A stretch of 64,000 bases of DNA, from the sequence record PZ000613.1. One strand, written 5' to 3'. The notes below the pieces were generated by a model, which was not told the origin of the DNA, did not search any database, and saw only the letters and a program-made list of their open reading frames with translations. How positions within the stretch are numbered: position 1 is the first letter of the stretch; every line of letters begins with the position of its first letter. This DNA is from a phage. The translations under genes and the position numbers were made by a program. Positions 47,492-57,721 of the stretch are shown one piece after another.

Positions 47492-47647
47492 GGGGAGTTA
47501 TATGAATGAAGAAGTTGTTATTCTTGGAAGTAAATCAGATTGGTTCTACGGAGGCATCTCAGGATGCTTTGAAGATGAACATCCAGACTTCTGAAGAGAA
47601 TTGGAATGTATGACGAATTTGATGGTTTTTAAAACTTAGAAACAAAT

Positions 47648-47681
47648 AAAGCCCCTTCCTTTCGGTTGGGGCTTTTCTTTT
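47648..47681. terminator. Bidirectional Rho-independent terminator at convergence of the two blocks
   Basis: AAAGCCCC...GGGGCTTT hairpin flanked by A-tract upstream and TTCTTTT downstream. Confidence 0.65.
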
Positions 47682-47682
47682 A

Positions 47683-50600
47683 TCACTCCTTAGGTCGAAC
47701 TCTTACACGGAGTCTCGATTGACGCTTACTGCGTTCAAGCTTCTCTGACAATGAGCCACGTTTAATCTTCGGCTTCCCTTCGTCATTAAACTTCTCCAAG
47801 AACTGCAAGTACTCAGTACGATTGGTTGTCTTGTAAGAAGGAATCTTAATATCAGGGTTCTCTTCAATTACACGTCTCATCTTCGCTACATCATCCCTAC
47901 CAAGCAATTTACTCTTAGCCTGTTCAGCTGTAGAACCAAAGATCTTCTCCAGTGCTCTGGATTTGTTACCACCTGCGGAAGAAGCACCAAGTTTAGCAAT
48001 GGCAGAGTAATCATCAGCACTAAACCAAGCTACTGGATTATCACCATACTTCTTCTTGTTTTCAGCAGCGGTCTGCAATGCACGTACAAAGCGACGGTTG
48101 TTACCAGCCTTATCTGCACCATGAACCCTGTCTAAAACTTCAGCCACACTGGCTAACTCATCCAAACTCTTCCCATTCAAGAAAGCTTTCTCTGCTTTAT
48201 CAGCAAAGGCTTCTTCCTGCTGTTTAATACTTTCCAAGATATCAGAACTTGCTTGAGATCTTTCATCATCAGGCAGAGCAGAACGAATCTTCTCCATCTC
48301 CATCTCTTCCTCTTGCAGTTTCTTAATATCAGAGTCAACCTTCTGAGCCTCCTCAATAGCCTTCCTAGTATCCGCATCCAAGTTATCAAGCTTACCTTCA
48401 GTATCTCCAGTAACCTTAGCAATCTCCTTCTCGATAGGAGTCATTGATTCATACTTCTTAGCGAACTTCTCAACATCAGCTTCGATACGAGAACGAGCAT
48501 TCTGATGTTCAGTAGGAGTCATAGGCTTCTCAAGAAGTGCATAACGGTTATCCATATAGGAACCAGCAAACGCTTCAGCATCCTCTCTAGATATGCCCTT
48601 ATCTTCCATAGTACGCATCAGGCGGCGATGAATGTCATCACGTTGACGTTGTACTGCCATAAGGTCATTCTCACGTTCTTGGGCCGCTTTAAGCTCTTCG
48701 CTGCGCTTAACTCTCTTGTCCACATCAAACTTACGGTTCATTTCTTCCGCTTGCTCATACATCTTATTCCACTTAGCCTGACGAGCATCTTCCTCTGCAT
48801 CAGTTAAACGACGCTGACGATCAAGGTAGTCTGACTCGGCGTTATGGATACGTTCAATGTAACTACGGAACTTCTCTGGAGGAACTGGAGAGTTCTTATC
48901 GTGGTGAGCAGCCAACTGTTTCAATGTACGAGATTCCTGAGCCTCACGAACAGGTTTAGGTAAACCTTCCATCATCTTCTCAATCTCACTCTTCTGAGCT
49001 GCAATAGCCTCTAGAGTTTTACGTTCATTCTCAACAGCAGCCTTAGCATCTGAACGAGCCTGAGCCTTTTTCCTGAGGGTAGCAAGACGTTCTTCACGAG
49101 CCTGTAAGTGCTTAGCAGCAGCTTCGTACTGAGAGTTCTTGTTAGCTTTGTTGAAGGCATTCACTTCTCTGTTGTAGGTGTTAATAAACCCATCCCAAAT
49201 ATCCTTCATCTGACCAACTTCCAAAGCCTCTTCCCTACCAGCCTTCTCTGAAGATTTAAACTTCCCATCTACAAAGTCATTCATCAGCTTACGCATAGCA
49301 TCTTTCTGAGCAGGACGTAAAGGTTCTGAATCAATCAAAGTATCAATCTCAGACTGAAGCTCTTTCTTCTGGTCAACCAGTTTAGGAGCATTCTTGTTGT
49401 CGAAAGCTTTGTTCTCTTCTAGAGCTTGTTGATACAATCTATCAAACTCATCCTCACGCTGCTTCTGATATAACCTTTCAGCACGACGTTTTAAACTATC
49501 CAAGTTAGTTACGTTCCCACCTAAACCCTTCTCTTCAGCACGTAATGCCTTAGTAGCAATGTCTTCTGGCAGACCACGTTCCTTAACCCATTCAGCAAAA
49601 TTAGTTCGTACAGTGTTGTTCTTAGCAGTAGCAATACCTTGCTGAGAAGCTAGCTGGTTACGAGCCATCTCTTCATGACGTTCAGTGTTGATAGCATTAT
49701 CTTCCTGACGAATACGACGCATCAATTCCTTAGGATCACCCTTATAAGCCAAGAAGTTTTCAGCAGTAGCTTTAGCCTTAGCAGCCTTAGAGTACAGAGA
49801 ACGAGCAAAACGTTCTGCACGATCTTTAGTAGCCTGACGAGCAGCACTAGACATAGCAGCTAAACGTTCTACACCACTTGCCGGTTTAACGTCCTGTACA
49901 GCTTCCTTAGGAGCTTTAGGGGCACGGGCAGGTAATGGCTCAGCTTTGACTGTTGGTTCCTCTACGGTTGGTTCTGGAGCCTGTGCGGCCTCTTCTTGAG
50001 CACGTTGCTGCTCCATTGCACGACGCTCCTCTAAAGGATTGCGAGCAGGGAGAGGTTCAGCCTGTGGAGCTTGTTCGACCGGAGCTTCTTGAGCAGCCAA
50101 TGCCTCTTCTTCAGCGCGACGCTGTTCAGCCTGACGGATAGCACGTCTTTGCGCAACTAAATCACGAGCTGTAAGAGGGGTTTCTTGAGGAGCAGAAGAA
50201 GGAGGATTTTCTTCCGTCACAGTACTAGAAGAAGGCTCCCGAACCGGTTCGGTTTCCACGTCATTTTGCGTCTTAAATTTAATGTCATCAACAACTGGTT
50301 CTTCTTCCATCTTAGCACGAGCTTCAGCAGCAGTAGACTTAGCACGAGCAACTTCCAAATCACCACGAGCAAGAGAGCGGATAGCTTCGCTGTTAGCTTC
50401 TTGTTGCTTAACACGTTGAGAACGAGCACGCTGAGAAGAGAAGCGATTCAGGGCATACTTAGCAGCACCGAGGGTGTTCATTACTAGACTAGGTGAAGAA
50501 GCCTCACGGAAGCCATCATCAGTCAGGGAAGTCCAACCACGATCTTGGTTACTCATGAACTTAGCTGTATTGTTCAGAGTGTAAGCATCTTGAATAGGAT

Positions 50601-52104
50601 TAAAACCTTCAGGCATACCTTTCAGTTTCTTCAACCCACCGATAGCTTTCTTCATCTCTGGAGAAACATTATCAGCCATCTTCTGTAGTTCAGCAGCTTT
50701 CTCTACAAAGTTATTAAAGTCTTCACCATCACGAGCTTTGAATCGATTTGCTTCATTGTAGAAAGTCTTGTAAGCATCAATGAAATCACGGTCAGCTTGT
50801 GTACGATTCTTAATATCAATCGGACTACCAGTAAAATCACCAGAAGCTCGGAGAGAAGTTAATTCACGATCTAGGTTATCTAGAACATCTGTAAGAGCTT
50901 TCGTGTTATCTTTGGTGTAGTCAGCCATTGCATCCTTCATAGCAACAGCCTGCTTCTGGTTGTGCTCGTTGTCAGCGAATGCTTTACCGCGAGTCTTAGC
51001 AGGAGAAGCTAAAGGATTGAGGCCCGGAATGTTGGAATGTTCTTTCTGAACGGAAGCAGCTTTCTCAGCACGAGCTTGGTCAGTATTAAGAATACGCTGA
51101 GCAGCAGGAGAATCTACAGCAACAGCATCTGTAATACGGAATCCATTCTCATCCAGAAGGTTCAGAGCAGAAGCAGCGTTAGCAGTTTCAGCTTTAGAAT
51201 AAGCCTCTTTCAGTTCATCAATATTCTTAGCACTACGAATCAGTTCGTCATCAGCAGCAATATCAGTCTTCGCATACTCTGGAGTGTTCTTGAAGACGGC
51301 AGAATCTGGACGGCTAATCAAACCATGAACCCCACCAACTGCGCCACCAAATGCAGCACCCATAGCCCCTTCTTCGATAACACCTTCCAATGTTTTAGCT
51401 AGATCGTTGTCATCACCATACTTGTTCTGAACTTCAGCAGCACCAACAAGAGCACCACCTTTAGCACCAGCCACTGCGTTACTAGCAACGTTCTGACCGA
51501 TACGTCCAAGTGTGGATTCAGCTGTACCAACAGCACCCGGAAGGATTCTCTGAGCCGCATAGTTAGCACCACCAACTAAGGCTGCATCTAGAATAGACTT
51601 ATCTTCTCCCTCTTCAGGGGTTTGGTCTGCATATGCACGACCTGTCTCACGACCTGCGATGATAGCAGCAGCAGCCAATGGATTAGCAACAGTCATACCA
51701 ATATCACCAGCAACTCCAGCATACTGACCAACAGTTTTACCAATCCCATCCTCAATCTTATCCATACGTTCTTTCAGGAGGTTCTGAGAGTTCTCTTGGA
51801 TACGCTTACCATAACTAGTTTGTGTTCCAGCTAGATTCTCACCAATCTCAACTAAACCACCAATACCTTTAGCAGCACTAGCTGCAATATTTGCACCACC
51901 AGATTGAAGAGCATTTGACACACCTTGAGCAAACTCGCCTATAGCACCACGTTCTTCTTGTTGTGATTGTGCTACTGGTTGTTCCTCAGGAATAGAGCCA
52001 CCTGCTGCCTTATATTGTTCTCTCATTTGAGCTTGTTGCTCCGGAGAGGCATTCAGATACGCAGGAGCTTTGGAAGCTTCTTCCCACGGTTTAATGTTAG
52101 CCAT
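47683..52104 (-). CDS. Large internal virion/ejection or tape-measure-like protein (1473 aa), coiled-coil rich
   Basis: Start moved to internal ATG with SD GGAGA (MANIKPW...); Gly/Ala-rich N-terminal region then long Ala/Glu/Lys/Gln-rich region; structural block. Confidence 0.75.
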   Translation of the reverse strand: MANIKPWEEASKAPAYLNASPEQQAQMREQYKAAGGSIPEEQPVAQSQQEERGAIGEFAQGVSNALQSGGANIAASAAKGIGGLVEIGENLAGTQTSYGKRIQENSQNLLKERMDKIEDGIGKTVGQYAGVAGDIGMTVANPLAAAAIIAGRETGRAYADQTPEEGEDKSILDAALVGGANYAAQRILPGAVGTAESTLGRIGQNVASNAVAGAKGGALVGAAEVQNKYGDDNDLAKTLEGVIEEGAMGAAFGGAVGGVHGLISRPDSAVFKNTPEYAKTDIAADDELIRSAKNIDELKEAYSKAETANAASALNLLDENGFRITDAVAVDSPAAQRILNTDQARAEKAASVQKEHSNIPGLNPLASPAKTRGKAFADNEHNQKQAVAMKDAMADYTKDNTKALTDVLDNLDRELTSLRASGDFTGSPIDIKNRTQADRDFIDAYKTFYNEANRFKARDGEDFNNFVEKAAELQKMADNVSPEMKKAIGGLKKLKGMPEGFNPIQDAYTLNNTAKFMSNQDRGWTSLTDDGFREASSPSLVMNTLGAAKYALNRFSSQRARSQRVKQQEANSEAIRSLARGDLEVARAKSTAAEARAKMEEEPVVDDIKFKTQNDVETEPVREPSSSTVTEENPPSSAPQETPLTARDLVAQRRAIRQAEQRRAEEEALAAQEAPVEQAPQAEPLPARNPLEERRAMEQQRAQEEAAQAPEPTVEEPTVKAEPLPARAPKAPKEAVQDVKPASGVERLAAMSSAARQATKDRAERFARSLYSKAAKAKATAENFLAYKGDPKELMRRIRQEDNAINTERHEEMARNQLASQQGIATAKNNTVRTNFAEWVKERGLPEDIATKALRAEEKGLGGNVTNLDSLKRRAERLYQKQREDEFDRLYQQALEENKAFDNKNAPKLVDQKKELQSEIDTLIDSEPLRPAQKDAMRKLMNDFVDGKFKSSEKAGREEALEVGQMKDIWDGFINTYNREVNAFNKANKNSQYEAAAKHLQAREERLATLRKKAQARSDAKAAVENERKTLEAIAAQKSEIEKMMEGLPKPVREAQESRTLKQLAAHHDKNSPVPPEKFRSYIERIHNAESDYLDRQRRLTDAEEDARQAKWNKMYEQAEEMNRKFDVDKRVKRSEELKAAQERENDLMAVQRQRDDIHRRLMRTMEDKGISREDAEAFAGSYMDNRYALLEKPMTPTEHQNARSRIEADVEKFAKKYESMTPIEKEIAKVTGDTEGKLDNLDADTRKAIEEAQKVDSDIKKLQEEEMEMEKIRSALPDDERSQASSDILESIKQQEEAFADKAEKAFLNGKSLDELASVAEVLDRVHGADKAGNNRRFVRALQTAAENKKKYGDNPVAWFSADDYSAIAKLGASSAGGNKSRALEKIFGSTAEQAKSKLLGRDDVAKMRRVIEENPDIKIPSYKTTNRTEYLQFLEKFNDEGKPKIKRGSLSEKLERSKRQSRLRVRVRPKE

Positions 52105-52142
52105 AACGTCTCCTTTTATAAATAAAAATGTCCTACCCCCTA

Positions 52143-52151
52143 TATACATTA
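52143..52151 (-). promoter_or_regulatory. TAATGTATA (minus strand) candidate phage-sigma promoter upstream of large virion protein gene
   Basis: Reverse complement of TATACATTA, 39 nt upstream of ATG at 52104. Confidence 0.4.
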
Positions 52152-52171
52152 TAGAAGGCAGGACTTAGGTC

Positions 52172-53827
52172 TTATTGAGTGAACCAGCTAGTGTCTTCGA
52201 CAGCTGATAAAGCACCGTTAAGCTTAGGATTGGTTGCTGCACCACCAACTGCTTCTTCCGCTTGTTCAGAGAAAACACCTAGAGGGTCGTAGAAACCGCC
52301 AGAAGGGATTGCACGGTTAACCAATGCAGTAGCTCTCTTCTTATCCATACCAGAACCGATGTAAGCTTCAATCGTAGCTCTCTTAGCATCAGCAACACCT
52401 TTCATTGCAGAGGTGTGACCAACGTTAGCCTGCTTACGAGCATAAGCAAGAGCAGAATCAGTAGGACGCCATCCAGATTTAAGTGCAAACTTGTTGCCAA
52501 CACGAATGAAGATTGATGGGTCTTCTGCAAAGTGCCCCAAATCTTCTTCGGTAAGAGAACGAGTAGCACCGATTTCAGCCCTTGCGGAGTTCATAATAGC
52601 CTGCATGTAAGCAGAACGAGCTGTCTGATAGTCTTTATCTTTAACTGCTTTGTCAGCCAAATCCAAGTCTTTGTTGGACTGGTTAAATAGACCACCTTTC
52701 TCTGCCCATTGCTTAGCAACTGTACCTTCAGCTGTGTTCTGAGCAAGACGAACTTCTTTCGGGTTGAAGTTAAAACTCTGAGCAGCTTGTTCAGCACGTT
52801 CAGCCTTGACTTGATCACGATACCCAATCAACTCTTTCTGACGTTCAAAGTTCATATTAGCCCTTTCTTCAGCAGCACGACGAGTTTCCTCAGCACGCTC
52901 ACGCATAGTCTGCTCTTGAATCTGTTGACGTCTATCCCATTCAGCATTCTGTCGTTCTTCACGAGCAGCATACAATGCTTCTTTCTGAGCAGGATCTACA
53001 GCCTTCATCTTCAGCAGAGAAGGGTCTCCGTTAGCAATAGCAGCTGCAATTGAGTCTTGAGAGAAGCCTTGTTCAATCAGAGCATCACGGTTAGCTTCCA
53101 GTTGCTTCTTAGTCTCATCTTGATTAGCCATTCCCTGACCAATCTGGAAAGCTTCAATAGGAGACTTACCTGACATAATGGAAAGACCTACACCCATCAA
53201 ACCTGTATAGAAACTAGAGTTCTGATAGAATGGTTCTTTCTGTAGTTTGTTCCAAGCTTCTGAAGGGTCTTTAGCTTTCGCAACTTGCAAGATATCATTG
53301 TTAACACGTTCCTGATCTTTAGCACGAGTAGCAGCAGTCATCCCATCACCTGTGTCTTGTCCTTGAGCAAGAGTGTTAATCACACCTTGTGCCTGTTCCA
53401 CCTGAGAAGGAGTAAACTCCATAGGACCAGCTTCTAGTGGTTTAGGAGGAGGTGTTACCGGAAGAGGGTCACTAGGCATAAGCCCAGCATCCTGTAAACC
53501 TTGATCAGTGGATAGGTTAGGATTAGCCGCTACAGGAGCTGGTGCTCCAACATCAATACCCTGAAGACTGGTAGGGGTTCCTTGATTCTGATGTTCCATG
53601 AGACGTTGCTGGAATCCCGGATTAATCATAGCATTCTGATCTTCTTCTGCCTGAGAGACAAGACCTGCAAGAGATGAAGGTATAGCAGGACGTTGATACA
53701 TAGAAATATCTGCTGTCTGAGTTGGTCTAGCCATATAAGGAGAGGCCGAAGCCGCTCCCGGATTAACACCATAGAAAGTATTTCTCGGGTCACGACTTCT
53801 GACCTGAGCGTAAGTTGTCTGTTGCAT
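52172..53827 (-). CDS. Virion structural protein (551 aa), function unknown
   Basis: ORF with SD AGGAGA; Gln/Ala-rich. Confidence 0.7.
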   Translation of the reverse strand: MQQTTYAQVRSRDPRNTFYGVNPGAASASPYMARPTQTADISMYQRPAIPSSLAGLVSQAEEDQNAMINPGFQQRLMEHQNQGTPTSLQGIDVGAPAPVAANPNLSTDQGLQDAGLMPSDPLPVTPPPKPLEAGPMEFTPSQVEQAQGVINTLAQGQDTGDGMTAATRAKDQERVNNDILQVAKAKDPSEAWNKLQKEPFYQNSSFYTGLMGVGLSIMSGKSPIEAFQIGQGMANQDETKKQLEANRDALIEQGFSQDSIAAAIANGDPSLLKMKAVDPAQKEALYAAREERQNAEWDRRQQIQEQTMRERAEETRRAAEERANMNFERQKELIGYRDQVKAERAEQAAQSFNFNPKEVRLAQNTAEGTVAKQWAEKGGLFNQSNKDLDLADKAVKDKDYQTARSAYMQAIMNSARAEIGATRSLTEEDLGHFAEDPSIFIRVGNKFALKSGWRPTDSALAYARKQANVGHTSAMKGVADAKRATIEAYIGSGMDKKRATALVNRAIPSGGFYDPLGVFSEQAEEAVGGAATNPKLNGALSAVEDTSWFTQ

Positions 53828-53840
53828 ATTTGTCTCCTAA

Positions 53841-54809
53841 TTAAGTACTAGCCAACCCACCGATTACACCCCCAGCTAATGCACCCCAAGGCCCAAACGC
53901 AGAGCCTGCTGCTGCACCGCTCATGGCCCCACCTAAGAAGCCACCACTACCACCAGATTGTTTTGTAGTTGTAGTTTGTCCGAGAGCACCGTTAAGTACA
54001 CCTGCTGCACCGAGTTGGTTATTGATGTCTTGCCATCCCCAATTAGCTGCGTTCTGAGCGTTCTGGTAGGCATTATCATATTCATTCTGTTGTTGCTGTT
54101 GTTGCTGCAAACCTGCATTCCACTGATTCATGATTTGCTGTTGAGACAAATTAGCACTCTGCTGACCTAGGTTAGAAAGGTTAGAACCAATATTAGAAAG
54201 ACCTGAGAGAGCAGCTGCCTGATTCTGTCTATTACCAGAGAGGATACTTTCAGCTTGGCTAATAGCCGAGTTATAGGCACTATTGGTAATATCTGTTGCT
54301 TGATTTTGCATCTGATTTAGAGCGTCACCTTGAGCGAAAGACTTAGCCATACGAGCACCCGAACCCTGTTGACCAGCAAATTGTTGAGCTAACTGAGGAA
54401 GAGCATTACGTGCTAAGTTCTGTTGAACCTGTTCGTTATTAGCTGTAATGGCTGCTTGCACAGCGTCATCATCATACAATTGACCAGCGAGAGCACCAAT
54501 TTGTTCTCCAGTAATCCCACCTTGTCCAGAGAGGCTTTGATAGCCTTTATAGGCATTATCTAGATAACCCAAGCCTTGACTTGCTGCATCCATGTATTGC
54601 TGTGAGAGAGTGCCTAGAGCGCCAGATTGTGCTAGGTTATTAAGTGCCTCTGTCTGATTATTATTAAACACTACATTATCTCGATAAACATAATCCCCTG
54701 AACTAGTATTACCAATCTGCTTATTAAGCTGGTCAATATACTGTTGAATGTATTCAGGGCGAATCATTTGGGAAGTAGTTTTACTACCTCCGCCTCCGAA
54801 TAAAGCCAT
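53841..54809 (-). CDS. Q/N/Gly-rich low-complexity virion protein, paralog 1
   Basis: MALFGGGGSKTTSQ N-terminus, poly-Q tract, Gly-rich hydrophobic C-terminus; SD AGGAGA. Confidence 0.7.
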   Translation of the reverse strand: MALFGGGGSKTTSQMIRPEYIQQYIDQLNKQIGNTSSGDYVYRDNVVFNNNQTEALNNLAQSGALGTLSQQYMDAASQGLGYLDNAYKGYQSLSGQGGITGEQIGALAGQLYDDDAVQAAITANNEQVQQNLARNALPQLAQQFAGQQGSGARMAKSFAQGDALNQMQNQATDITNSAYNSAISQAESILSGNRQNQAAALSGLSNIGSNLSNLGQQSANLSQQQIMNQWNAGLQQQQQQQNEYDNAYQNAQNAANWGWQDINNQLGAAGVLNGALGQTTTTKQSGGSGGFLGGAMSGAAAGSAFGPWGALAGGVIGGLAST

Positions 54810-54821
54810 ATTAAATCTCCT

Positions 54822-55874
54822 TTAGTTTGCTCCGAATGCCCCTAAGACCCCACCTAAGATATTACTACCTGCTGTGGATAACCAGTTAGACTGACCTCTC
54901 TGTTGAGAAAGATTAGAACCTCCAATCATAGGACCAGCCATGCCAGATTGCCCACCTGAATTATTATAGGAACTCCAAGCATTCTGAGTCTGTTGGTTAG
55001 GAGAGAAAGCGCCCATACGACCTGCAATACCTAATCCAGTAATACCAGCACCGAGAATCTGCTGTCCTGTGTTAACACCCGGAGCGGCATTCTTAATTGT
55101 ATATCCAGCCATTGGACTTACACTGTTTAATACATTAAGTTGGTTGTTAAGCTGATTCCATCCATACTGCTGAGAGCCAATAGCGTTCTGCCAATTAATA
55201 TCAGCTTGAGCCTGAGCTTGCTGCTGTTGTAGATTACCAGCCATGAGTTGATTCTGGATGGCTTGTTGAGTTGCTTGAACACCCTGAGCACCAAGATTGA
55301 GATTCTGTCCAGCCAACCCTGACTGAGCACCAAGTAAGCCTCTCTGGAAGTTTTGGTCTTGTTGAAGAGCACTGATTCCCATGTTCTTACCACTGATAGT
55401 ACGAGCTAAGTTTGTATTAGCACCGTTCAGGGCAGCACCTTGAGCAGCAGCTCTACGAAGAGAGCCAGAGTCGGAGCCATTTCCGAGAGATACATTGGAA
55501 GCTGCCTTACTAGTAGCTTGAGCAAGAGCTGAGTTATTCAACCCTTTACTAAAGTTATTAACACCATCAGCAGTTAGACCACCACCATTGACAATATTCT
55601 GATACTGTTGAGCAAGAGCGTTTAGTTGGTCCAGTCCTTGCTGTGTACGAGGTGTGTACATATCAGCCAATTGCTTCTGAGTTGTAGAAGCTGCTAAGTT
55701 ATTCAGAGCACCCTGTTGGTTGCCATTAAACCCAGCCAGCTGTTGGGAGATGAATCCCGGATCGTTGTTCTGCATATTCTGAGCATTAGCAACAATCTGC
55801 TTCAGCAGGGCATCAACCTGAGAGGAAGGGGCCACTGTGGTTTTGCTAGAAGCTGATTTTCCAAATAAAGACAT
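54822..55874 (-). CDS. Q/N/Gly-rich low-complexity virion protein, paralog 2
   Basis: MSLFGKSASSKTT N-terminus, Q/N/G-rich, Gly-rich C-terminus; SD AAGGAGG. Confidence 0.7.
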   Translation of the reverse strand: MSLFGKSASSKTTVAPSSQVDALLKQIVANAQNMQNNDPGFISQQLAGFNGNQQGALNNLAASTTQKQLADMYTPRTQQGLDQLNALAQQYQNIVNGGGLTADGVNNFSKGLNNSALAQATSKAASNVSLGNGSDSGSLRRAAAQGAALNGANTNLARTISGKNMGISALQQDQNFQRGLLGAQSGLAGQNLNLGAQGVQATQQAIQNQLMAGNLQQQQAQAQADINWQNAIGSQQYGWNQLNNQLNVLNSVSPMAGYTIKNAAPGVNTGQQILGAGITGLGIAGRMGAFSPNQQTQNAWSSYNNSGGQSGMAGPMIGGSNLSQQRGQSNWLSTAGSNILGGVLGAFGAN

Positions 55875-55893
55875 AAGTCCTCCTTAAAGATTA

Positions 55894-56676
55894 TTACTTT
55901 ACACCAATGCTAGCCAAACGCCTGAGCACTGCTTGTGTTTGTGGACTGTACTGAGAACCTGCTGCATGTGGTGCACTTGCCCTCTGAACTGTTTGAGAAG
56001 TAGGTGGTTTACCAGCAAGCATAGCAGCTACCCCTAATACTGCATTACCAAAGTTCTGTTGAGGCTTCTGGTCTTCTCCTTCCTGCACTTCATCAGAGTA
56101 AAACTCTACCGGGTTACCTCCTAAAGCCCCTGTCTTAGAAGCAGCAATCTCTGCCTGAGTTGGAGCTTGTGCAGTCTTATCTCTGTCTAGCAAGTCAGGA
56201 CTAAACTGATTGACTGGTTGAACAGCTTGTAAAGCCCCTATAGGATTAGCAATCTGAGAAGCTGCATCACCATAGAAAGGAAGGAAGTGTTTATTGTTCA
56301 TAGAGTCAAGAGCCTGAGGAGTAAATCCTCTTTTACCAGCGAACATCTGCTTAGCTCCACCAATACCTTCTGAATAGCCAACCATTGCTTTCTTAACATC
56401 ACCATTAAAGGCTTTAAGGTTATCTCTGATATAGCGAGCACCCATGTCGATATTCTTGGCTGGGTCAAGCCTGTCTTCTAGTTTATAACCATAATCTTTA
56501 GCTAACCCTTTACTGATCTGCATCAAACCAACAGGCCCAGTTCCGGAAGCCACCTTAGGACGACCACTAGACTCCCTTTGGATTACAGCATGAATCAAAG
56601 CAGCTGGTATACCATACTTCTTTGAAGCCTGTTGAACCATCGGGTCTAGTTCTTCTATACCCATTCTAATTGCCAT
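55894..56676 (-). CDS. Lytic transglycosylase (SLT domain) virion protein
   Basis: SLT catalytic region ...VIQRESSGRP...GLMQIS...; SD AAGGAGAG. Confidence 0.8.
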   Translation of the reverse strand: MAIRMGIEELDPMVQQASKKYGIPAALIHAVIQRESSGRPKVASGTGPVGLMQISKGLAKDYGYKLEDRLDPAKNIDMGARYIRDNLKAFNGDVKKAMVGYSEGIGGAKQMFAGKRGFTPQALDSMNNKHFLPFYGDAASQIANPIGALQAVQPVNQFSPDLLDRDKTAQAPTQAEIAASKTGALGGNPVEFYSDEVQEGEDQKPQQNFGNAVLGVAAMLAGKPPTSQTVQRASAPHAAGSQYSPQTQAVLRRLASIGVK

Positions 56677-56685
56677 AAGCTCTCC

Positions 56686-57720
56686 TTATTGTATGCTTCT
56701 AAAAATCTTTCTAGCGTCAAGTACGGGGATGTTTATACCAATAGCTCCTCCACCGCCTAAGTCATATTGGTTGGACCAAGAATAAATCATCCTACCATAG
56801 CCCGTGCCAAAGGAAGAACCACTCATTGTATGAGATCTTGCGTGTTGGAAGTACCACCCACTTGCACTACCTCTTATAGCTCCAGCTCCATAAGAAAGAG
56901 GGATCATGGGATACGACAGTGTAGTGTTACCTCCACTCATAGGCATAAACCTGTCAACCATGAATGGTGTTCTATATGTAGAAAATACACATTGAGATCC
57001 ATTAGGGGAGTATATATTCAGTCCGCCATTGTGGGTGGGAACTCCTGCCCCATCACAGAATACTGCAATCCTAACCCCGTTAATAGAGCCTGTTTGGTTT
57101 GTGTTCCCGTTGTCGTGAGACCTATTCTGATAGACATACACCGTTCTATTAGAAGGGTTGTATAGTAGTCCAGCACTTCCGCTATTCCAGTTAGCAAAAA
57201 CAGATGCCCTGTTCATGTCGAAACCGCTGATAGCTGGGATTTGCATTGAACTGTTTATATTACCTTCCCAAGCCCAAATACATTGACCAACAACACCTGA
57301 ATCAGAGATAGAGAAATAGTCTGCTGAATTGGAAAAAGTTATGCCGTAGTTTCTATTAGCTCTAGGCCAGATTTGATACACGTTAAAAGCCATATCAAAT
57401 ATCCAACCGTTAACGTTGTAGTCCATTGTGACCCTGAAGGTGGAGTTATTAACAACAGATATGTTGGTTAGCCAGTAAACATCTGATGTTACGTTGGGAG
57501 GTATGTACCGTTCCCAAACCACAGAACCTGTAGGTACTATAACTATTTGACCACTTCCATCCCACCCACTGATAGGTAGATCACACGTATTACCATTAAA
57601 TGTGAAGTTACCACTAACCCTATTCCTTAATTGAGGAAAGGTGGTACCACTATCAATAAAAAGCTCAGCCGGAGAAGCTGGTCCCGGTCCGACTGGCGTT
57701 GTCCATATTCCATATGCCAT
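56686..57720 (-). CDS. Virion structural protein (344 aa), beta-rich, possible distal tail/receptor-binding protein
   Basis: Asn/Ser/Gly/Trp-rich ORF in tail-fibre neighbourhood. Confidence 0.6.
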   Translation of the reverse strand: MAYGIWTTPVGPGPASPAELFIDSGTTFPQLRNRVSGNFTFNGNTCDLPISGWDGSGQIVIVPTGSVVWERYIPPNVTSDVYWLTNISVVNNSTFRVTMDYNVNGWIFDMAFNVYQIWPRANRNYGITFSNSADYFSISDSGVVGQCIWAWEGNINSSMQIPAISGFDMNRASVFANWNSGSAGLLYNPSNRTVYVYQNRSHDNGNTNQTGSINGVRIAVFCDGAGVPTHNGGLNIYSPNGSQCVFSTYRTPFMVDRFMPMSGGNTTLSYPMIPLSYGAGAIRGSASGWYFQHARSHTMSGSSFGTGYGRMIYSWSNQYDLGGGGAIGINIPVLDARKIFRSIQ

Positions 57721-57721
57721 A

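Noticed and set aside
48177-51834. Multiple short ORFs on both strands inside the 1473-aa virion gene
   Set aside because: Nested in a long, SD-initiated gene; low-complexity repeats generate open frames by chance
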